A stretch of DNA of 64,000 bases from assembly GCA_039630545.1 (NCBI GenBank), contig JBCNUU010000002.1, positions 190,382 to 254,381 on the forward strand, given 5' to 3'. This document shows positions 62,654-64,000 of this stretch, piece by piece. The notes beneath the pieces were generated by a model. The model worked only from the letters and a program-made list of their open reading frames with translations, was not told the DNA's origin and did no database searches. The DNA is from Endomicrobiia bacterium. Lineage in GTDB: Bacteria; Elusimicrobiota; Endomicrobiia; DTEH01. Made by a program: the position numbers and the translations under genes. The first letter of the stretch is position 1; each line of letters starts with the position of its first letter.

Positions 62654-64000
62654 ATGAAAATAAAAATTAATCTATTATTTCTTGCAGTTATATCTAATTT
62701 AATATCCTTTTCATTTTCACAAACACCCGTACAGGTTCATGGACAACTGAGAGTTTCTGGTAGGTATCTTGTTGACCGAAATGGAGTTCCTGTGGTTTTA
62801 AGAGGTATGAGTTTGTTTTGGAGCCAGTGGGGAAGCAAATATTGGAATTCCTCTGTTATTGACTGGGTAGCAACTGATTGGAAGGTAAATGTAATTAGAG
62901 CAGCTATGGGGATAGAAGATGGTGGATACTTAACATACCCTACAACTCACAAAAATTTAGTAAAAACAGTAGTTCAAGCATGCATAGACAGAGGCATTTA
63001 TGTAATAATTGACTGGCATGACCACAACGCACCAGCACACCAGAGTCAAGCAATAGAGTTTTTTAGGGAGATGGCACAAACTTATGGCAACACTCCAAAT
63101 GTTATATACGAAATCTTTAACGAACCAGATCTGGATGATAACTGGAACGGAATAAAAAGTTATGCTCAAGCAGTAATTCAAGCTATCCGACAATATGACC
63201 CAGACAATGTAATTTTAGTAGGAACACCAAACTGGTGCCAGTATGTGGATGTAGCAGCGGGTTCTCCACTTACAGGGGTAAGTAATGTGATGTATGTGTT
63301 ACATTTCTATGCAGCAACACATGGATCAAATTACAGACACAAAGCACAGACAGCAATAAACGCAGGACTTCCTCTTTTTGTAAGTGAATTTGGGACCTGT
63401 GAGTATACAGGTAATGGTAGATATGATTTTAATGAAACAGACGCATGGATTAATTTTTTAGAACAATACAAAATCTCCTGGGTCAACTGGTCATTAAATG
63501 ATAAACCTGAATCATGTTCTGCTTTAGTTCCAGGAGCTTCGGCATCTGGTGGTTGGCTTGAATCTCAACTTACTCAATCAGGAAGATATATAAGAAACAA
63601 AATAAGATCCTACAATCAAAGCACAGGAGGTATTGTAGCTTATCTTACAACTTGTTCTTCAGGAAGCATTGTTTGGGCAAGCACTAATGTTTCTGTTTAT
63701 GTTTCAGCAGGAAACAGTATTTCAAAAGTTGAGTTTTATGTAGATGGTACACTAAAATATACAGACAATTCTTCTCCATATAGCTGGGTGTGGGATACAA
63801 CTCAATACTCAGATGGCTGGCATAATTTAAAAGTAGTTGCCTATGACACACAAAACAATACATCTCAAGTTCAAACAAGTGTAGTAGTATATAACTCTAC
63901 TTTGCCTTCTATTAATATTACTAATCCACAAAATGGTTCTATTATTTATGGAAATTCAGCGATGGTATATGTGGAAGCAAATAAAGGATATGAGGTAACA
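62654..64000 (+). CDS. Secreted GH5 endoglucanase (subfamily 2-like) with Big domain(s), 3'-truncated; absent from the ORF track
   Basis: Hand translation: MKIKINLLFLAVISNLISFSFSQTPVQVHGQLRVSG...LRGMSLFWSQW...IRAAMG...YVIIDWH...YEIFNEP...LHFYAATH...FVSEFG...WVNWS, then KVEFYVDGTLKYTDNSSPYSWVWDTT. No stop before the window end. Confidence 0.92.
   Translation, partial: MKIKINLLFLAVISNLISFSFSQTPVQVHGQLRVSGRYLVDRNGVPVVLRGMSLFWSQWGSKYWNSSVIDWVATDWKVNVIRAAMGIEDGGYLTYPTTHKNLVKTVVQACIDRGIYVIIDWHDHNAPAHQSQAIEFFREMAQTYGNTPNVIYEIFNEPDLDDNWNGIKSYAQAVIQAIRQYDPDNVILVGTPNWCQYVDVAAGSPLTGVSNVMYVLHFYAATHGSNYRHKAQTAINAGLPLFVSEFGTCEYTGNGRYDFNETDAWINFLEQYKISWVNWSLNDKPESCSALVPGASASGGWLESQLTQSGRYIRNKIRSYNQSTGGIVAYLTTCSSGSIVWASTNVSVYVSAGNSISKVEFYVDGTLKYTDNSSPYSWVWDTTQYSDGWHNLKVVAYDTQNNTSQVQTSVVVYNSTLPSINITNPQNGSIIYGNSAMVYVEANKGYEVT

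Noticed and set aside
544..63878. Short antisense or alternate-frame ORFs in the track (e.g. 43181..43699 -, 50104..50475 -, 62957..63193 -)
   Set aside because: They lie wholly within well-supported genes and have no motifs, so they are shadow ORFs.
1..64000. Genome-wide TGA=Trp/Gly recoding (code 4/25) to explain the TGA at 43470
   Set aside because: TGA ends several genes at plausible C-termini (2137, 7633, 11408, 38935, 45701, 58087), and I saw no other gene split by TGA.
1..64000. CRISPR array, IS/transposase, integrase, prophage
   Set aside because: No regularly spaced repeats with unique spacers and no recognisable mobile-element proteins were seen.
59273..64000. Apparent shift toward C/A-rich composition suggesting foreign origin or skew inversion
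   Set aside because: It can be explained by Ser/Thr/Asn/Pro-rich Ig domains, and I could not quantify it by eye.

Overview
AT-rich bacterial DNA with almost all genes on the + strand. GT9 heptosyltransferase-like genes imply a diderm (LPS) cell. The taxon cannot be fixed from sequence alone; Elusimicrobiota or a similar under-studied lineage is my inference from the style of the surface-protein domains. Bases 1-13.2 kb hold housekeeping genes: two GT9, flbD, ilvD-ilvB-ilvN, two Fe-S hydro-lyase subunits, M23 peptidase, bactofilin, an AEC transporter, a lone V-ATPase D subunit, cysE, ssb, a lipoprotein, a response regulator and tRNA-Leu(CAG). From 13.3 kb to beyond the window end lies a plant-polysaccharide degradation locus of more than 50 kb. 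It has a sugar ABC uptake module with a GH94 phosphorylase, a GT2 and two diguanylate cyclases. It also has five GH9 genes (one GH9-CBM3, one interrupted by an in-frame TGA), a GH48 (frameshifted near its 3' end), two GH5 genes, and a xylose/pentose catabolic block with a DUF4965/GH52-like protein. A five-repeat surface lipoprotein and two regulators (LacI, GntR-LacI hybrid) with candidate operators complete it. No cohesins, dockerins, SLH domains or SusC/D are visible. Instead, four of the secreted enzymes end in a related T9SS-CTD/FlgD-Ig-like C-terminal domain. The best candidate for a new system is this non-cellulosomal, non-PUL GH48/GH9 cellulase locus with a shared C-terminal sorting tag and a shared direct-repeat operator.
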